A stretch of DNA of 64,000 bases from Limnothrix sp. BL-A-16 (lineage in GTDB: Bacteria; Cyanobacteriota; Cyanobacteriia; CACIAM-69d): the NCBI GenBank assembly GCA_041937175.2, contig CP166615.1, positions 1,888,001 through 1,952,000 of the forward strand, given 5' to 3'. The notes beneath the pieces were generated by a model. That model worked only from the letters and a program-made list of their open reading frames with translations. It was not told the origin of the DNA and did no database searches. The stretch's first letter is position 1; each line of letters opens with the position of its first letter. The position numbers and the translations under genes are program-made. Shown piece by piece: positions 1-10,367 of this stretch.

Positions 1-910
1 CAAAGCAACCTCTATCGGCAGAGTTTTCTCGCAAAAGAGCCTGAAAGAAGTCTTTTGCTAATCGCCATTGGTAATCGAGTCGATTGCAAATAACAGTAGG
101 GCCTTTTAAGGTTGAGATCCAAGGTAGGGGAGTTGCAGAAATTCCCGATCGATGATCACAAAGCACTATGTCATATGAATGTTCTTTTGCAACTTTCTCT
201 ACTTCCCTTGCCAGGCGTTCTGTCAGCAAGGAATCCATTGATAGACGTAAAGGCAATACAGCAGCTTCGATTTCATATTCTGATATGGCTGGGCGACAAA
301 AAATCGCGTCAACCTGACCAACACTGGAAAAAACCTGTGACGGCTCAACATCGACTCCAGAACGACCAAAGCCAAGCAGCGTACTACGAATTGATTCGTT
401 AGGTGCTCCGTAGAGAACATCCAATGAAGGCGCTTCTGTATCTAAATCTACTACCAACACTTTCCAGCCATCATTGGCTAAAGCTTTGGATAGCATCACC
501 AGAATAGTAGATCTTGCCTGTCCACCCTTGTAGCCATAAAAATGAACTACTTTTAGTCGATCATCAGCTTCTTCTCCTGTGTCTAGGACTAGTTGATGAA
601 GAAGCTCCTGTGTCAAGGCAAACGCGTAATGATTTCCCCGCTCCCGAAGTCGGCTGCTATATTCATTTTCAAATTCATTTGGTGATAGAAAGTCAATAGA
701 AGCAGATGTATAGTAGAGTGTTTCATAAATAATAGATGTACTAGACTGAATTTTATTTGCCACAATCACATCGCGCTGGTCTGGTGGGACTGTGGAAAAC
801 TCTTCAGAAATGCAAGCAAGGTATAACGAAGGATGACGATAAACCACCTTCAGGCTATCTAAGCCATAGGCTTCTTGTAGTTTTTCAATCAAACTTTTTA
901 GTGAAAGCAT
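1..910 (-). CDS. ParA/MinD-like P-loop ATPase (partial, runs off the left edge; not in the ORF track)
   Basis: Hand translation from the ATG at 910 is open to position 2 (303 codons): MLSLKSLIEK...KVVHFYGYKGGQARSTILVMLSKALANDGWKVLVVDLDTEAPSL...YDIVLCDHRSG. This gives a deviant Walker A (KGGQARST), a VLVVDLD strand and a Walker B-like DIVLCD. Confidence 0.8.
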   Translation of the reverse strand, partial: MLSLKSLIEKLQEAYGLDSLKVVYRHPSLYLACISEEFSTVPPDQRDVIVANKIQSSTSIIYETLYYTSASIDFLSPNEFENEYSSRLRERGNHYAFALTQELLHQLVLDTGEEADDRLKVVHFYGYKGGQARSTILVMLSKALANDGWKVLVVDLDTEAPSLDVLYGAPNESIRSTLLGFGRSGVDVEPSQVFSSVGQVDAIFCRPAISEYEIEAAVLPLRLSMDSLLTERLAREVEKVAKEHSYDIVLCDHRSGISATPLPWISTLKGPTVICNRLDYQWRLAKDFFQALLRENSADRGCF

Positions 911-920
911 AGAATTATTC

Positions 921-1400
921 TTAACTCAGCAATGAAAGTTTTCTCAAATGGTTGAGGATGTTTTGAGCTGTTCTCAAAGCATTCTCTAAGTCTTGCTCTG
1001 TCGTTTTGCCAGGTCGTCCATTGTGTATGTCAGACTCATGCTGTAAATAACGAATGTATGGATATTTTTGAATGTAAGCTTTCTGCGATTCTCCCTTGCC
1101 CCCTGTGCAGTACAAGTTATCAAAGTCATTTTTGAGGTTTACTGCATCGGCTCTTAGTTGCTTAATGATTTCTCGTTTTCGATAGTCAGTTTTGAATAAT
1201 GGATCAGAATCAGGATCAGAAAACAAGTTTTGAATGCCAGTTGTTATATCATGCCCAATTTGTGGCCAGGTCTTTGTCTTGTCTTTTAAACCGTCTTTGA
1301 CGGCTAGCTCAATAATGACCAGGGAGCAGTATAGATCGAGCAACTTTTTCGAGGTTTCTGACCCTGCTAGGAAGACTTGAGTATTGTACTTATGCGTCAT
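921..1400 (-). CDS. HEPN-like hypothetical protein
   Basis: 159 aa helical ORF with motifs IELAVKD, GHDI and YPYIRY, matching the E..LK / HD[LI] / RY pattern of HEPN domains; ends 10 bp before the ATPase start. Confidence 0.55.
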   Translation of the reverse strand: MTHKYNTQVFLAGSETSKKLLDLYCSLVIIELAVKDGLKDKTKTWPQIGHDITTGIQNLFSDPDSDPLFKTDYRKREIIKQLRADAVNLKNDFDNLYCTGGKGESQKAYIQKYPYIRYLQHESDIHNGRPGKTTEQDLENALRTAQNILNHLRKLSLLS

Positions 1401-1530
1401 TGAGTCCGGTGCTTAGAAAAAGTTTTAAATCTTGATTTTTTGAAAAACTGTTTGATGCTGTCTATTCTAGACTAATTGACAATTTATGGATCTTGATTGG
1501 CGTTAACCATTCAAATTTTAAACGCAATCC

Positions 1531-1851
1531 ATGGTTGTTGCTGCTTTAGAAAAGCAATTCAGACAGCGCTCATTTTACAACCAGGCGATCGCGGGGCGCT
1601 GTCTGTTTTGGCTACGGGAGCTAGAGGCGCGATCGGGACAGGATGCGGACGACTTGATCGGGTTGGCCTGTGGGGACGGCGGGACTCCAGAGAATGGTTT
1701 CGCCGATGCCGCAGAGGTGCAGGCTTTTGACCAGGCGATCGACCCACTCGCTTTGACCCACGAGGATGATCCGGTTGCAGCGATCGTCCAGATGGTTCAG
1801 GCGTTCCAGAATAGGGCGATCGCCATTACTTGGGTTAGTCATATCAATTGA
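1531..1851 (+). CDS. hypothetical protein
   Basis: 106 aa ATG ORF with host-like composition (HIP1 sites); no motif recognised. Confidence 0.4.
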   Translation: MVVAALEKQFRQRSFYNQAIAGRCLFWLRELEARSGQDADDLIGLACGDGGTPENGFADAAEVQAFDQAIDPLALTHEDDPVAAIVQMVQAFQNRAIAITWVSHIN

Positions 1852-1855
1852 GTGC

Positions 1856-1904
1856 TGCGAATTGACAACAAATTCACTGTAATCGATCAAGTTGTCAACT
1901 CGCA
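1856..1904. promoter_or_regulatory. inverted repeat upstream of the HTH array, candidate operator
   Basis: TGCGAATTGACAAC (1856-1869) and GTTGTCAACTCGCA (1891-1904) match 13/14; a further GAGTTTGACA lies at 1923-1932. Confidence 0.4.
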
Positions 1905-1934
1905 ACCTTTACGCAATTTCCCGAGTTTGACACC

Positions 1935-2207
1935 ATGAGCGGCATGGGAAAAGCCGGGAAAGCATTACGCGAAACGTTACAGCAGCACAACCTCACGCAA
2001 AATCGTTTAGCCGTGACGATGGGAATTGCGCGCGGCACGATGAGCCATTGGGTGGCGGAAACGCGCGACCCGACGGCGGAAGCCATCCCAACTATTGTGG
2101 ATGCCCTAGAGCAGTTGAACCCGGAAGCCGCTCGAACATTTATTGAGATGTATTTGGGCCGGGCGATCGGGGAGCTGTCACCCAAGCAATTTGGGCAAGA
2201 AAATTGA
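1935..2207 (+). CDS. XRE-family helix-turn-helix protein, copy 1
   Basis: LTQNRLAVTMGIARGTMSHWVAETRDP is an XRE HTH pattern; alternative start at 1944. Confidence 0.85.
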   Translation: MSGMGKAGKALRETLQQHNLTQNRLAVTMGIARGTMSHWVAETRDPTAEAIPTIVDALEQLNPEAARTFIEMYLGRAIGELSPKQFGQEN

Positions 2208-2615
2208 ATGGGAAAAGCCGGAAAAGCACTACGCACAACGTTGCAGCAATACAACATCGCCCAAAATCGCTTAGCGGTGACGATGGGCATCAATCGCGCC
2301 ACTATTAGCCATTGGTTCGCAGAAACGCGCGACCCAACAGCAGAATCGATTCCAGCGATTGTGGATGCGCTGGAGCAGTTGAATCCTGAGGCGGCGCAGG
2401 CTTTTGTTGAGGCCTATTTGGGCCGGGCGATCGGGGAGCTTTCACCCAAGCAATTTGGGCAAGAAAATTGAATGGGAAAAGCCGGGAAAGCACTACGCAC
2501 AACGTTGCAGCAATACAACATCGCCCAAAATCGCTTAGCGGTGACGATGGGTATCAATCGCGCCACCATTAGCCATTGGTTCGCAGAAACGCGCGACCCA
2601 ACAGCAGAATCGATT
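2151..2615. repeat. 201-bp direct repeat with 264-bp period
   Basis: 2151-2351 vs 2415-2615 show 4 mismatches by hand count; the repeat spans the gene junctions. Confidence 0.9.
2208..2471 (+). CDS. XRE-family helix-turn-helix protein, copy 2
   Basis: IAQNRLAVTMGINRATISHWFAETRDP; the ATG directly abuts the TGA of copy 1. Confidence 0.85.
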   Translation: MGKAGKALRTTLQQYNIAQNRLAVTMGINRATISHWFAETRDPTAESIPAIVDALEQLNPEAAQAFVEAYLGRAIGELSPKQFGQEN

Positions 2616-2639
2616 GCTCCCACGGTTCTGAAGATTTAG
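2472..2639 (+). pseudogene. XRE-HTH copy 3, C-terminally truncated (55 aa)
   Basis: Same protein as copy 2 up to ...PTAESI (2615), then unrelated APTVLKI* with TAG at 2637-2639, 1 bp from the gyrB stop. Confidence 0.75.
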
Positions 2640-2640
2640 G

Positions 2641-4578
2641 CTAAATATCCAGGTCAGTGAGGTTCAGTTTGGCCCCGTAGGTTTCAATAAATTCCCGGCG
2701 CGGAGCCACCCGATCGCCCATCAAGATTGTGAAGATCCGATCGGCCTCAGCCGCATCATCGATTTCCACCCGTTTCATGGTGCGGGTTTCCGGGTTCATG
2801 GTGGTGTCCCAAAGCTGATTGGGCATCATTTCACCCAAACCTTTGAACCGTTGAATGTTGTAGTTGGCATTGGCTGGGAAGCCCGCCAAAATTTGCTGCA
2901 ACTCCCGATCGCTGTAGCAATATTGATGATTGCGGCCGCGCTCCACTTTGTATAGCGGTGGGCAAGCAATATAGATGTGTCCTTGCTCCACCAGCTCCCG
3001 TTGATAGCGATAGAAAAAGGTCAGCAGCAGGGTGCGAATGTGGGCCCCGTCCACGTCCGCATCGGTCATCAACACCACCCGGTGATAGCGCAGTTGGGAA
3101 ACATCAAATTCCTCGCCTTTGATGCCTAATCCCAGGGCGGAAATCAGCGATTGAATTTCAGTGTTCTTATAGATCTTGGCATCATCGGTTTTTTCGATGT
3201 TGAGGATTTTTCCGCGCAGGGGCAAAATGGCTTGGAACCGGCGATTTCGCCCTTGCTTGGCGGAACCTCCTGCCGAGTCGCCTTCCACAATAAAAATTTC
3301 TGATTCGGACGGATCCTTCGAGCTGCAATCGGCTAACTTACCTGGCAAGGGCGACGATTCCAGCACTGACTTGCGGCGCACCAATTCCCGGGCCCGGCGA
3401 GCCGCTTCGGCCGCATTAAAGGCCTGGATTGCCTTTTCTAAGATGGAGTCAGCCACGCCGGGCCGGAACTCCAAATATTCCGTGAAGACTTCCCCCACCA
3501 GGGAATCCACAATGCCGCGCACCTCGGGGTTACCGAGTTTGGTTTTGGTTTGTCCTTCAAATTCTGGATCGGGCACTTTGACGGAAATAATCGCCGTCAG
3601 CCCTTCGCGAATATGTTCGCCACCTAGGTTGGCATCGCCATCTTTTAGTTTGTTGCGCTTGCGGGCGATCGCGTTCATGGTGCGGGTCAAAACGGCTTTC
3701 AACCCTTCCAGGTGGGTTCCGCCATCCACGGTGCGAATGTTGTTGGCAAACCCGAATAGGTTGTCCGTATAGGCATCGATCGACCATTGCATGGCCACTT
3801 CCACATGCACCCCGTCGCGCTCCCCTTGCACGTAGAGAATTTCCTCATGGAGGGGCAGCCGATCGCGGTTGATGTAGGCCACATATTCCCGAATGCCGCC
3901 TTCGTAGCAGTAGGTTTCAACCTTGGGCTGCTCGGTGCGCAATAGCTCCAGCCGGTGATCGCTGAAGGTAATCTTCACGCCCGCATTCAGATAGGCCAAC
4001 TCCCGTAGCCGACTGGCGAGGGTGGCGTAGTCAAATTCTGTACCGGTGATGAAAATTTCGCGATCGGGCAAAAAGGTGACCCGCGTGCCCGTTTGGGAAT
4101 CGTCGCTGGGTTCGCTGGTCAAGGGGCCTTGGGGAATCCCTCGGCTGTAGCGTTGAACGTACCGTTGACTCAGGCGCTTGACTTCAACAATTACTTCTTC
4201 CGAGAGGGCATTCACCACGGACACGCCCACGCCGTGGAGACCGCCGGATACCTTATAGCCACCGCCGCCGAATTTGCCGCCCGCGTGCAGCACGGTCATC
4301 ACGGTTTCGAGGGCGGATTTGCCGGTTTGGGGATGAATATCAACGGGGATGCCGCGGCCGTCGTCGGTGACGGTGACGGAGCCGTTGGCATTCAGATCCA
4401 CTTCGATGTGGGTGCAATAACCAGCGAGGGCTTCATCGATCGAGTTGTCCACCACCTCGTAAACTAGATGATGGAGACCGCGCGGCCCGGTGGAGCCGAT
4501 GTACATTCCCGGTCGCTTGCGGACAGGTTCAAGCCCTTCAAGAACCTGAATTTGATCTGCCCCGTAGTTGCTGGTCAT
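2641..4578 (-). CDS. gyrB: DNA gyrase subunit B
   Basis: [65 protein letters not shown]. Confidence 0.99.
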   Translation of the reverse strand: MTSNYGADQIQVLEGLEPVRKRPGMYIGSTGPRGLHHLVYEVVDNSIDEALAGYCTHIEVDLNANGSVTVTDDGRGIPVDIHPQTGKSALETVMTVLHAGGKFGGGGYKVSGGLHGVGVSVVNALSEEVIVEVKRLSQRYVQRYSRGIPQGPLTSEPSDDSQTGTRVTFLPDREIFITGTEFDYATLASRLRELAYLNAGVKITFSDHRLELLRTEQPKVETYCYEGGIREYVAYINRDRLPLHEEILYVQGERDGVHVEVAMQWSIDAYTDNLFGFANNIRTVDGGTHLEGLKAVLTRTMNAIARKRNKLKDGDANLGGEHIREGLTAIISVKVPDPEFEGQTKTKLGNPEVRGIVDSLVGEVFTEYLEFRPGVADSILEKAIQAFNAAEAARRARELVRRKSVLESSPLPGKLADCSSKDPSESEIFIVEGDSAGGSAKQGRNRRFQAILPLRGKILNIEKTDDAKIYKNTEIQSLISALGLGIKGEEFDVSQLRYHRVVLMTDADVDGAHIRTLLLTFFYRYQRELVEQGHIYIACPPLYKVERGRNHQYCYSDRELQQILAGFPANANYNIQRFKGLGEMMPNQLWDTTMNPETRTMKRVEIDDAAEADRIFTILMGDRVAPRREFIETYGAKLNLTDLDI

Positions 4579-4855
4579 GCTCGCTCCACTCCAGATTGGA
4601 CATCTTAGGCAGGTTAAATTTGCCTAAAGCCCTATAACTTCAAAACATTCCAAGATTTTAGCACAAACGGGTTCTAGGAGTTGCCAGGGTACGCTTGTTA
4701 TGAATTTAGGCTTGGGATTGATTGACCTTGAAAAATGCCTGGAAAGGTCACTAACAGCCCTAGAAATTTGCCTTCCTAAGGTTGCAGCGGGGAGCCATTT
4801 CCCCCCCCTGATGAGGCGATCTGAGCAGCCAAAATTGATACACCGCTTACCCCAG

Positions 4856-4946
4856 CGATCAATGCAGACAAAGGGCTAACGATCAATGCAGACAAGGGGC
4901 TAACGATCAATGCAGACAAGGGGCTTAAGCCCCTTGCCCCTACGAC
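4856..4946. repeat. three 24-bp tandem repeats running into a REP-like palindrome
   Basis: CGATCAATGCAGACAA(A/G)GGGCTAA x3; the third copy continues as CAAGGGGCTTAAGCCCCTTG (4917-4936) followed by CCCCTACGAC. Confidence 0.85.
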
Positions 4947-4991
4947 TATTGGGGCTTAACCAGAGCTTTCAGAGACTTTTCAAACATCCCC

Positions 4992-6257
4992 TTAGGCTCC
5001 TAGGGGAATGGCCGATCGCAAGGCGGCCATGAGCTGGGCCAGATGTTCGGGCTGGTGGGTGGCCATCAGGGTCAGGCGCAGGCGGCTGGTGGGCACAGTG
5101 GGCGGTCGAATGGCTCCAATCCACAGACCGGCTTCGGCGAGCGATCGCCCCAATTGGCTGGCGGTGGCCGGGTTGGGCACTTGCAAGCAGAGGATAGGCG
5201 ATTCGCTGGGCAGTAGGCGGTAGGCGCGATCGCCCTGGGTGAGTTTGGCGGGTTGAGTGGCTAACCAGTCCTGGAGAGCTTGCCGGAGCGATCGGGTGTT
5301 TTGCCAAAGGGCGGCCCGTCGATTGGGTTCTTGGTTCACAATCCGAATGGCAGCCAGGGCGGCGGCCGTGTCGGCGGGTGAAAGGCCTGTGGTGTAAATC
5401 CAACTGGCGGCCCGATTGCGTAAAAAATCCACTAAGGTTGCCGAACCGGCCACATAGCCCCCCAAGCTGCCCAGGGCCTTACTGAGGGTTCCCATTTGAA
5501 TCAGCGATCGCCCGCTACACCCCAGGGCCTCCACGCAGCCGGCCCCCGTGGCCCCAAAAACCCCCGTGCCATGGGCCTCGTCCACCAATACCATGGCGGA
5601 AAAGGCCTCCGCCATGTCCAGAATTTCCGGCAGGGGAGCCAAGTCCCCATCCATGCTGAACACTGTGTCCGTGAGGATCAGGCAGCGGCGGTAGTGGGAA
5701 CGGTGGCTTTGGAGTCGATCGCCCAACTCCTGCAAATCACCATGCCGATAGTCCACCACCGTGGCTCCACTGAGCTTGGCCCCGGCGATCAGGCTGGAAT
5801 GGTTATAGGCATCGTTCAAAATCAAATCTCGCGGGCCGACCAAAGCGGCGATCGTGCCCAGATTCGCCAAATAGCCGGAACTGAAGACGATCGCGTCTTC
5901 GGTCTGTTTCAGTTGGGCGATCGCCTGTTCCAGTTCCCGGTGCAACGCTCGCTGGCCGGTAATCAACCGTGAGCCAGTGCTGCCGGTTCCGTTGGTTTGA
6001 ATCGCCTCGATCGCGGCGGCCATTAACCGACCATCGCCCGCCAGTCCCAAATAGTCATTGCTGGCGAAGTTAATCAGGGTGCGGCCGTCGCGCTCCACCA
6101 CAGCCCCCGGCCGGCCGCTGAGGGTTTGGGGCGATCGATGCCAATGGACCCGGTGAATCGTCTGGAGGGCCTTGGCCATCCAATCGTAGGGAGACTCGGT
6201 TGATGAAGGGCTGGAAATAGACTCAGGAATGGGCATCGGTGGCGCGATCGACGGCAT
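4992..6257 (-). CDS. bioF: 8-amino-7-oxononanoate synthase
   Basis: [54 protein letters not shown]; start uncertain (6299, 6257 or 6179). Confidence 0.95.
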   Translation of the reverse strand: MPSIAPPMPIPESISSPSSTESPYDWMAKALQTIHRVHWHRSPQTLSGRPGAVVERDGRTLINFASNDYLGLAGDGRLMAAAIEAIQTNGTGSTGSRLITGQRALHRELEQAIAQLKQTEDAIVFSSGYLANLGTIAALVGPRDLILNDAYNHSSLIAGAKLSGATVVDYRHGDLQELGDRLQSHRSHYRRCLILTDTVFSMDGDLAPLPEILDMAEAFSAMVLVDEAHGTGVFGATGAGCVEALGCSGRSLIQMGTLSKALGSLGGYVAGSATLVDFLRNRAASWIYTTGLSPADTAAALAAIRIVNQEPNRRAALWQNTRSLRQALQDWLATQPAKLTQGDRAYRLLPSESPILCLQVPNPATASQLGRSLAEAGLWIGAIRPPTVPTSRLRLTLMATHQPEHLAQLMAALRSAIPLGA

Positions 6258-8466
6258 GGTCAGCCCTGGGTTGGGCTGGGGTGGCAGATCCCTGCCCATT
6301 ATGATCGATCGAATTCAAATCCTTGGGATCATCCTCCGGATCAAAATCCCCGTGCTGACTGTCCTCAGCTTGCCGATCGCCGGCTGAACGATCGCTCCCA
6401 TCCGCACGATCGGGGTCAAAATCACCCGAATTAGAATCACTAAAATTACTAAGATTTCTCATCCTTGGATCGCCAGCTATTTCACCGAATCTTTCGGAAA
6501 GATCGGGATCCGACGCTGGCGGCCGCTCGCCCACCAGCCAGTAGGTGAGCATTTCCCCGCGGCCTCGCACTTGCCAGGGCCCGCGCGGCTCCAAAACGAA
6601 TTGATCGCCTAACAGGGCCGCCGTGGAAGCCGTCACCTGAATTTTGCCTGCCTCCCCTTGAGATTCCATTCGGCTGGCAATATTCACCGTGTCGCCCCAG
6701 AGATCATAGATAAACTTGCGAATACCAATGACCCCCGCCACCAAAGGGCCAGTATTCAGTCCAATTCGCAACTGAAACGTTTGCCCATTTTTGCGTTGAA
6801 ACTGCCCGATCGCCTGCTGCATTTCCAAAGCCATACGCGCCGTGTTGATGGCATGGTTAGGATGCGCCGAAGGTACGCCCCCCACGGCCATGTAGGCATC
6901 CCCGATCGTTTTGATTTTTTCAACGCCATAACGTTCAGCAATCCGATCGAACTCCGAAAAAATGTCATTCAAACAGGACACCAACTCCGCCGCTTGAATT
7001 TGGGAAGCCCATTCCGTAAACCCCACAATGTCCGCAAACAGCACCGTTGCCGACTCGAAGCGATCGGCCATGGCCGTCTGTTGCATTTTCAGGCGTTGGG
7101 CAATTTTTTGGGGCAAAATATTCAGCAATAATTGCTCCGATTGTTGCCGCTGTTGCCGTAATTCCAGCTCCGTTTTGCGGCGTTCGGTAATCTCTTGCAC
7201 CATGCCTTCAAAATAAAGAAACTTGCCCCCGGAATCATAAACACTGCGAACGGTTTCAGAAATCCAAATTCGCCGGCCATCCTTCCGGTAAACTTCCGAC
7301 TCAAAATTGGATACTTCCCCGTATTGGGCCATGTAAGCCAAAAACTCTTCGCGACGGTGCGATCGCACGTAAAGCTGTTGTCCCACGTTGGTAATTGATT
7401 CCATCATCTCCTGAGGAGATCCATAGCCACAGATGCGGGCCAAGGTCGGATTGATACTCATAAATCGCCCTTCCCAAGTAGCTTGAAAGATTCCTTCTAG
7501 GGCATTTTCAAAAATACTGCGATAGTTTTCCTCTGCCTTTTGCAGGGCATCGGCCGCTAACTTGCGATCGGTAATATCATCCAAAACGCCTAAAACCCCA
7601 ATCACCTGACCCGCTTCATCTCGAATCGGCACTCGGTAGCAATCTAACCAGATGGGCTGGCCCCCTTCGGCGTGGCGATACTTCCGTAGTAGTTGATGGG
7701 AAATGGGTTGATTGGTTTCAATCACCCGGCGATCTTGGGCCCGAAATTGTTCCGCAATGGCTGGATCTTCAATTAAGTCCTGATCGGTTTTGCCAATCAC
7801 ACTTTCAGGATCTCCCAAGCCGGATGCTTCCGCCCAACTGCGGTTACAACCCAGAAAAACTAAGTCAGCGTTTTTCCAAAAAATTTGCTGAGGAATATTA
7901 TCTAAAATGATGCGCAAATATTGCTTTTGTTCGCGCAAAACAGCGGCGGTTTTTTCATGTTCCGCCACTTCCGCCATTAGCCGCTGATTTTGTTCGGCGA
8001 CCAGCTTGGTGGCACGCTGAATTTTCAGGTGTGTGTTAACCCGAACCAACACTTCTTCGAGGGCAAAGGGTTTAATTAAATAATCAACACCACCCACTTT
8101 GAAGGCCTGGATTTTATCTAGGCTGCCATCGGAGCTACCGGTGAAAATAATCGGAATATCGGCAGTTTCTGGGTTGGTTTTCAGTTCCTCGCAAAGGGCA
8201 AAGCCACTGCGATCGGGCAGATACACATCCAATAGGATGAGGTCAAAGGTATGGTGCTTCAGTTGTTGCCAAGCCTGATGGGCATTATCCGCCAGCAGGA
8301 TGTGATAGCCCTCACGCGCTAGAAGTTGATGCAAAAGAGTTCGATCGTCCGTTCGATCGTCCACGATCAACAGACTGGAGCGGGCCACCGACCAATCAGG
8401 ACGCAGAACGGGTCTCTCTGCACCGTCGGGCAAACTCTCGGCAGACGGGTCGATCGAGAAAGTCAC
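6223..8466 (-). CDS. adenylate/guanylate cyclase with receiver and two PAS domains
   Basis: N-terminal REC (LLIVDD, DLILLD, DYLIKP), two PAS/PAC segments, and a class III cyclase ([36 protein letters not shown]). Confidence 0.93.
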   Translation of the reverse strand: MTFSIDPSAESLPDGAERPVLRPDWSVARSSLLIVDDRTDDRTLLHQLLAREGYHILLADNAHQAWQQLKHHTFDLILLDVYLPDRSGFALCEELKTNPETADIPIIFTGSSDGSLDKIQAFKVGGVDYLIKPFALEEVLVRVNTHLKIQRATKLVAEQNQRLMAEVAEHEKTAAVLREQKQYLRIILDNIPQQIFWKNADLVFLGCNRSWAEASGLGDPESVIGKTDQDLIEDPAIAEQFRAQDRRVIETNQPISHQLLRKYRHAEGGQPIWLDCYRVPIRDEAGQVIGVLGVLDDITDRKLAADALQKAEENYRSIFENALEGIFQATWEGRFMSINPTLARICGYGSPQEMMESITNVGQQLYVRSHRREEFLAYMAQYGEVSNFESEVYRKDGRRIWISETVRSVYDSGGKFLYFEGMVQEITERRKTELELRQQRQQSEQLLLNILPQKIAQRLKMQQTAMADRFESATVLFADIVGFTEWASQIQAAELVSCLNDIFSEFDRIAERYGVEKIKTIGDAYMAVGGVPSAHPNHAINTARMALEMQQAIGQFQRKNGQTFQLRIGLNTGPLVAGVIGIRKFIYDLWGDTVNIASRMESQGEAGKIQVTASTAALLGDQFVLEPRGPWQVRGRGEMLTYWLVGERPPASDPDLSERFGEIAGDPRMRNLSNFSDSNSGDFDPDRADGSDRSAGDRQAEDSQHGDFDPEDDPKDLNSIDHNGQGSATPAQPRADHAVDRATDAHS

Positions 8467-8935
8467 AAGGCTCTCCTCAAAAGCTGAGGCGCAAACGAAG
8501 CCGCATCACGGCAAACTACCAATATCTTATCGCTGACCTAGCTTCTGGCGAAGAAGCATTCTTGGATCATGTTCCGCATAATCACGGTTATGTCCTGGCT
8601 GATGATCTCTGTCCATCGTCGTTATTCTTGCGAAAAATGGATATTTTCGGGTCTAATATGACCAAATTGCAACGCAAAGAGCGCTCCAGTCGCATCTTCA
8701 GACTCCGAGATTAGCTAAGTAGCAATTAATACGGTGCTCCGAAAATACTCGATCGACTGTGAGCGAAGCGTGAACATTGGCCCTGTCCCGGGCGGCAGTT
8801 TTGGGTGGGTTCGGGGTGGCTTGTCGGTCTTTGCTGGCTGATTTTCAGGGGCTGACAAATTTCAGAGGTTGGTGCAGGAGTTTGTTTTAGGTTGCCCATT
8901 TGTTTTAGGTTGTTGGTCTTGGTTGGCTTGATTGG

Positions 8936-9123
8936 GGGCTTGTCGTCAAATGGCCTGCAATCCTGATGACCTCGTTCTTCAAACCAATCAGTCGTAGGGG
9001 CGAGGTTTCCTCGCCCATTCCCGTGATCCTTGGGTGTTCTCAGGGGTGGGCAGGGTTGTAGCGATCACCCGGGTTAGGGTTGGGAGACCCAACCCCTACG
9101 GCGATGGAAATGACGACAGGCCC
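8936..9123. mobile_element. MITE family A shell carrying an inverted GTAG-REP doublet (REPIN-like)
   Basis: Ends GGGCTTGTCGTCA / TGACGACAGGCCC; inside are GTAG-GGGCGAGG-TTT-CCTCGCCC (8994-9016) and, inverted, GTAG-GGGTTGGG-TCT-CCCAACCC (9077-9099). Confidence 0.7.
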
Positions 9124-9207
9124 TAGCCGGTTTGATTTGGTTGGTTTGATTTGGTTGACTGATTGAGCTTGGTTGACTAATTCTGTTTGTCTTTAACGCG
9201 GCGGTGA

Positions 9208-10041
9208 ATGGGCATGACTCAAAATTCCCCAATTCCGGTAGTGGTGGTGGGTGCGGCTGGCAAGATGGGCCGTGAGGTGGTGAAGGCGGTGGCGGCTGCG
9301 CCCGATATGACCCTCATTGGGGCGGTCGATCGCGCACCGGAGCTAGTGGGCCAGGATGTGGGCGAAGTGGTCGGTTGCGGCCCCTTGGAAGTGCCGATTT
9401 TGGATCAACTAGAAGCGACTTTGGCCATGGCGGCCCAAGAGCGACAGTTGGGCGTGATGGTGGATTTCACGCACCCCAGTTCGGTCTATGAAAATGCGCG
9501 ATCGGCGATCGCCTATGGCATTCGACCCGCGATCGGCACAACGGGGCTGAGTGAGGAACAGGTGCGCGAGTTGGCGGAATTTGCCGACAAGGCCAGCACC
9601 GGTTGCGCCATCATTCCCAACTTCTCGATCGGGATGGTGTTGCTTCAGCAGGCTGCGGTTCAAGCCTCCCAATATTTCGATCATGTGGAAATCATTGAGC
9701 TGCACCACAACCAAAAAGCCGACGCACCCAGCGGCACGGCCCTGCAAACGGTGCAACTGATGTCTGGATTGGGCAAAACCTTCAATCCGGCACAGGTGGA
9801 AGAAAAGGAGTTGATTCCCGGTGCGCGGGGCAGCTTGGCCGGCGACAATATCAATGTTCACAGCGTGCGCTTGCCGGGTTTAATCGCTCACCAGGAGGTG
9901 ATCTTCGGTGCGCCGGGCCAAATCTACACGCTGCGCCACGACACGAGCGATCGGGCTTGTTATATGCCCGGTGTGTTGCTGACGATTCGGAAGCTGATTG
10001 ACCTGAAGTGCTTGGTTTATGGTCTCGAAAAACTGCTGTAA
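9208..10041 (+). CDS. dapB: 4-hydroxy-tetrahydrodipicolinate reductase
   Basis: [42 protein letters not shown]. Confidence 0.98.
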   Translation: MGMTQNSPIPVVVVGAAGKMGREVVKAVAAAPDMTLIGAVDRAPELVGQDVGEVVGCGPLEVPILDQLEATLAMAAQERQLGVMVDFTHPSSVYENARSAIAYGIRPAIGTTGLSEEQVRELAEFADKASTGCAIIPNFSIGMVLLQQAAVQASQYFDHVEIIELHHNQKADAPSGTALQTVQLMSGLGKTFNPAQVEEKELIPGARGSLAGDNINVHSVRLPGLIAHQEVIFGAPGQIYTLRHDTSDRACYMPGVLLTIRKLIDLKCLVYGLEKLL

Positions 10042-10119
10042 CAGCGCGACAACCTGATGTCGATCGGTCAAGTTCAATGGCTGTTGCCGTTACCCGATCA
10101 CTTGGCAGCAAGGGGCTTA

Positions 10120-10260
10120 GGGGGTGTCGTCATTGTTCGAGGTGATGCTGAAGCGGTTGATTTTCCGTCCCCCGTCGTTGTAACAAGGGGCTTAAGCCCC
10201 TTGTCCCTCACGATCTGCCAACGGTGGAATCAGGGTTTCAGGCGATTTGACGACAGGCCC
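10120..10260. mobile_element. MITE family A (141 bp), TA-flanked, inserted in the centre of a REP palindrome
   Basis: TIRs GGGGGTGTCGTCA / TGACGACAGGCCC; TA at 10118-10119 and 10261-10262; internal palindrome at 10184-10203; collinear with 17085-17226. Confidence 0.8.
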
Positions 10261-10367
10261 TAAGCCCCTTGTGAGGGCGACTGACGTTGCCCTCCGATCG
10301 CTGAACCCTGCCCACTCGCCTTAATGACTTCCTCAGAAACTTCCTCAGAACCACCGCCGAACAACCT

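Noticed and set aside
112..699. Short plus-strand ORFs at the left end
   Set aside because: They lie antisense to the open ATPase frame.
1944..2615. HTH array as a diversity-generating retroelement template/variable pair
   Set aside because: No reverse transcriptase in the window, and the differences are not adenine-specific.
4856..4936. 24-bp repeats as a CRISPR array
   Set aside because: The repeats are contiguous with no spacers, and no cas genes are present.
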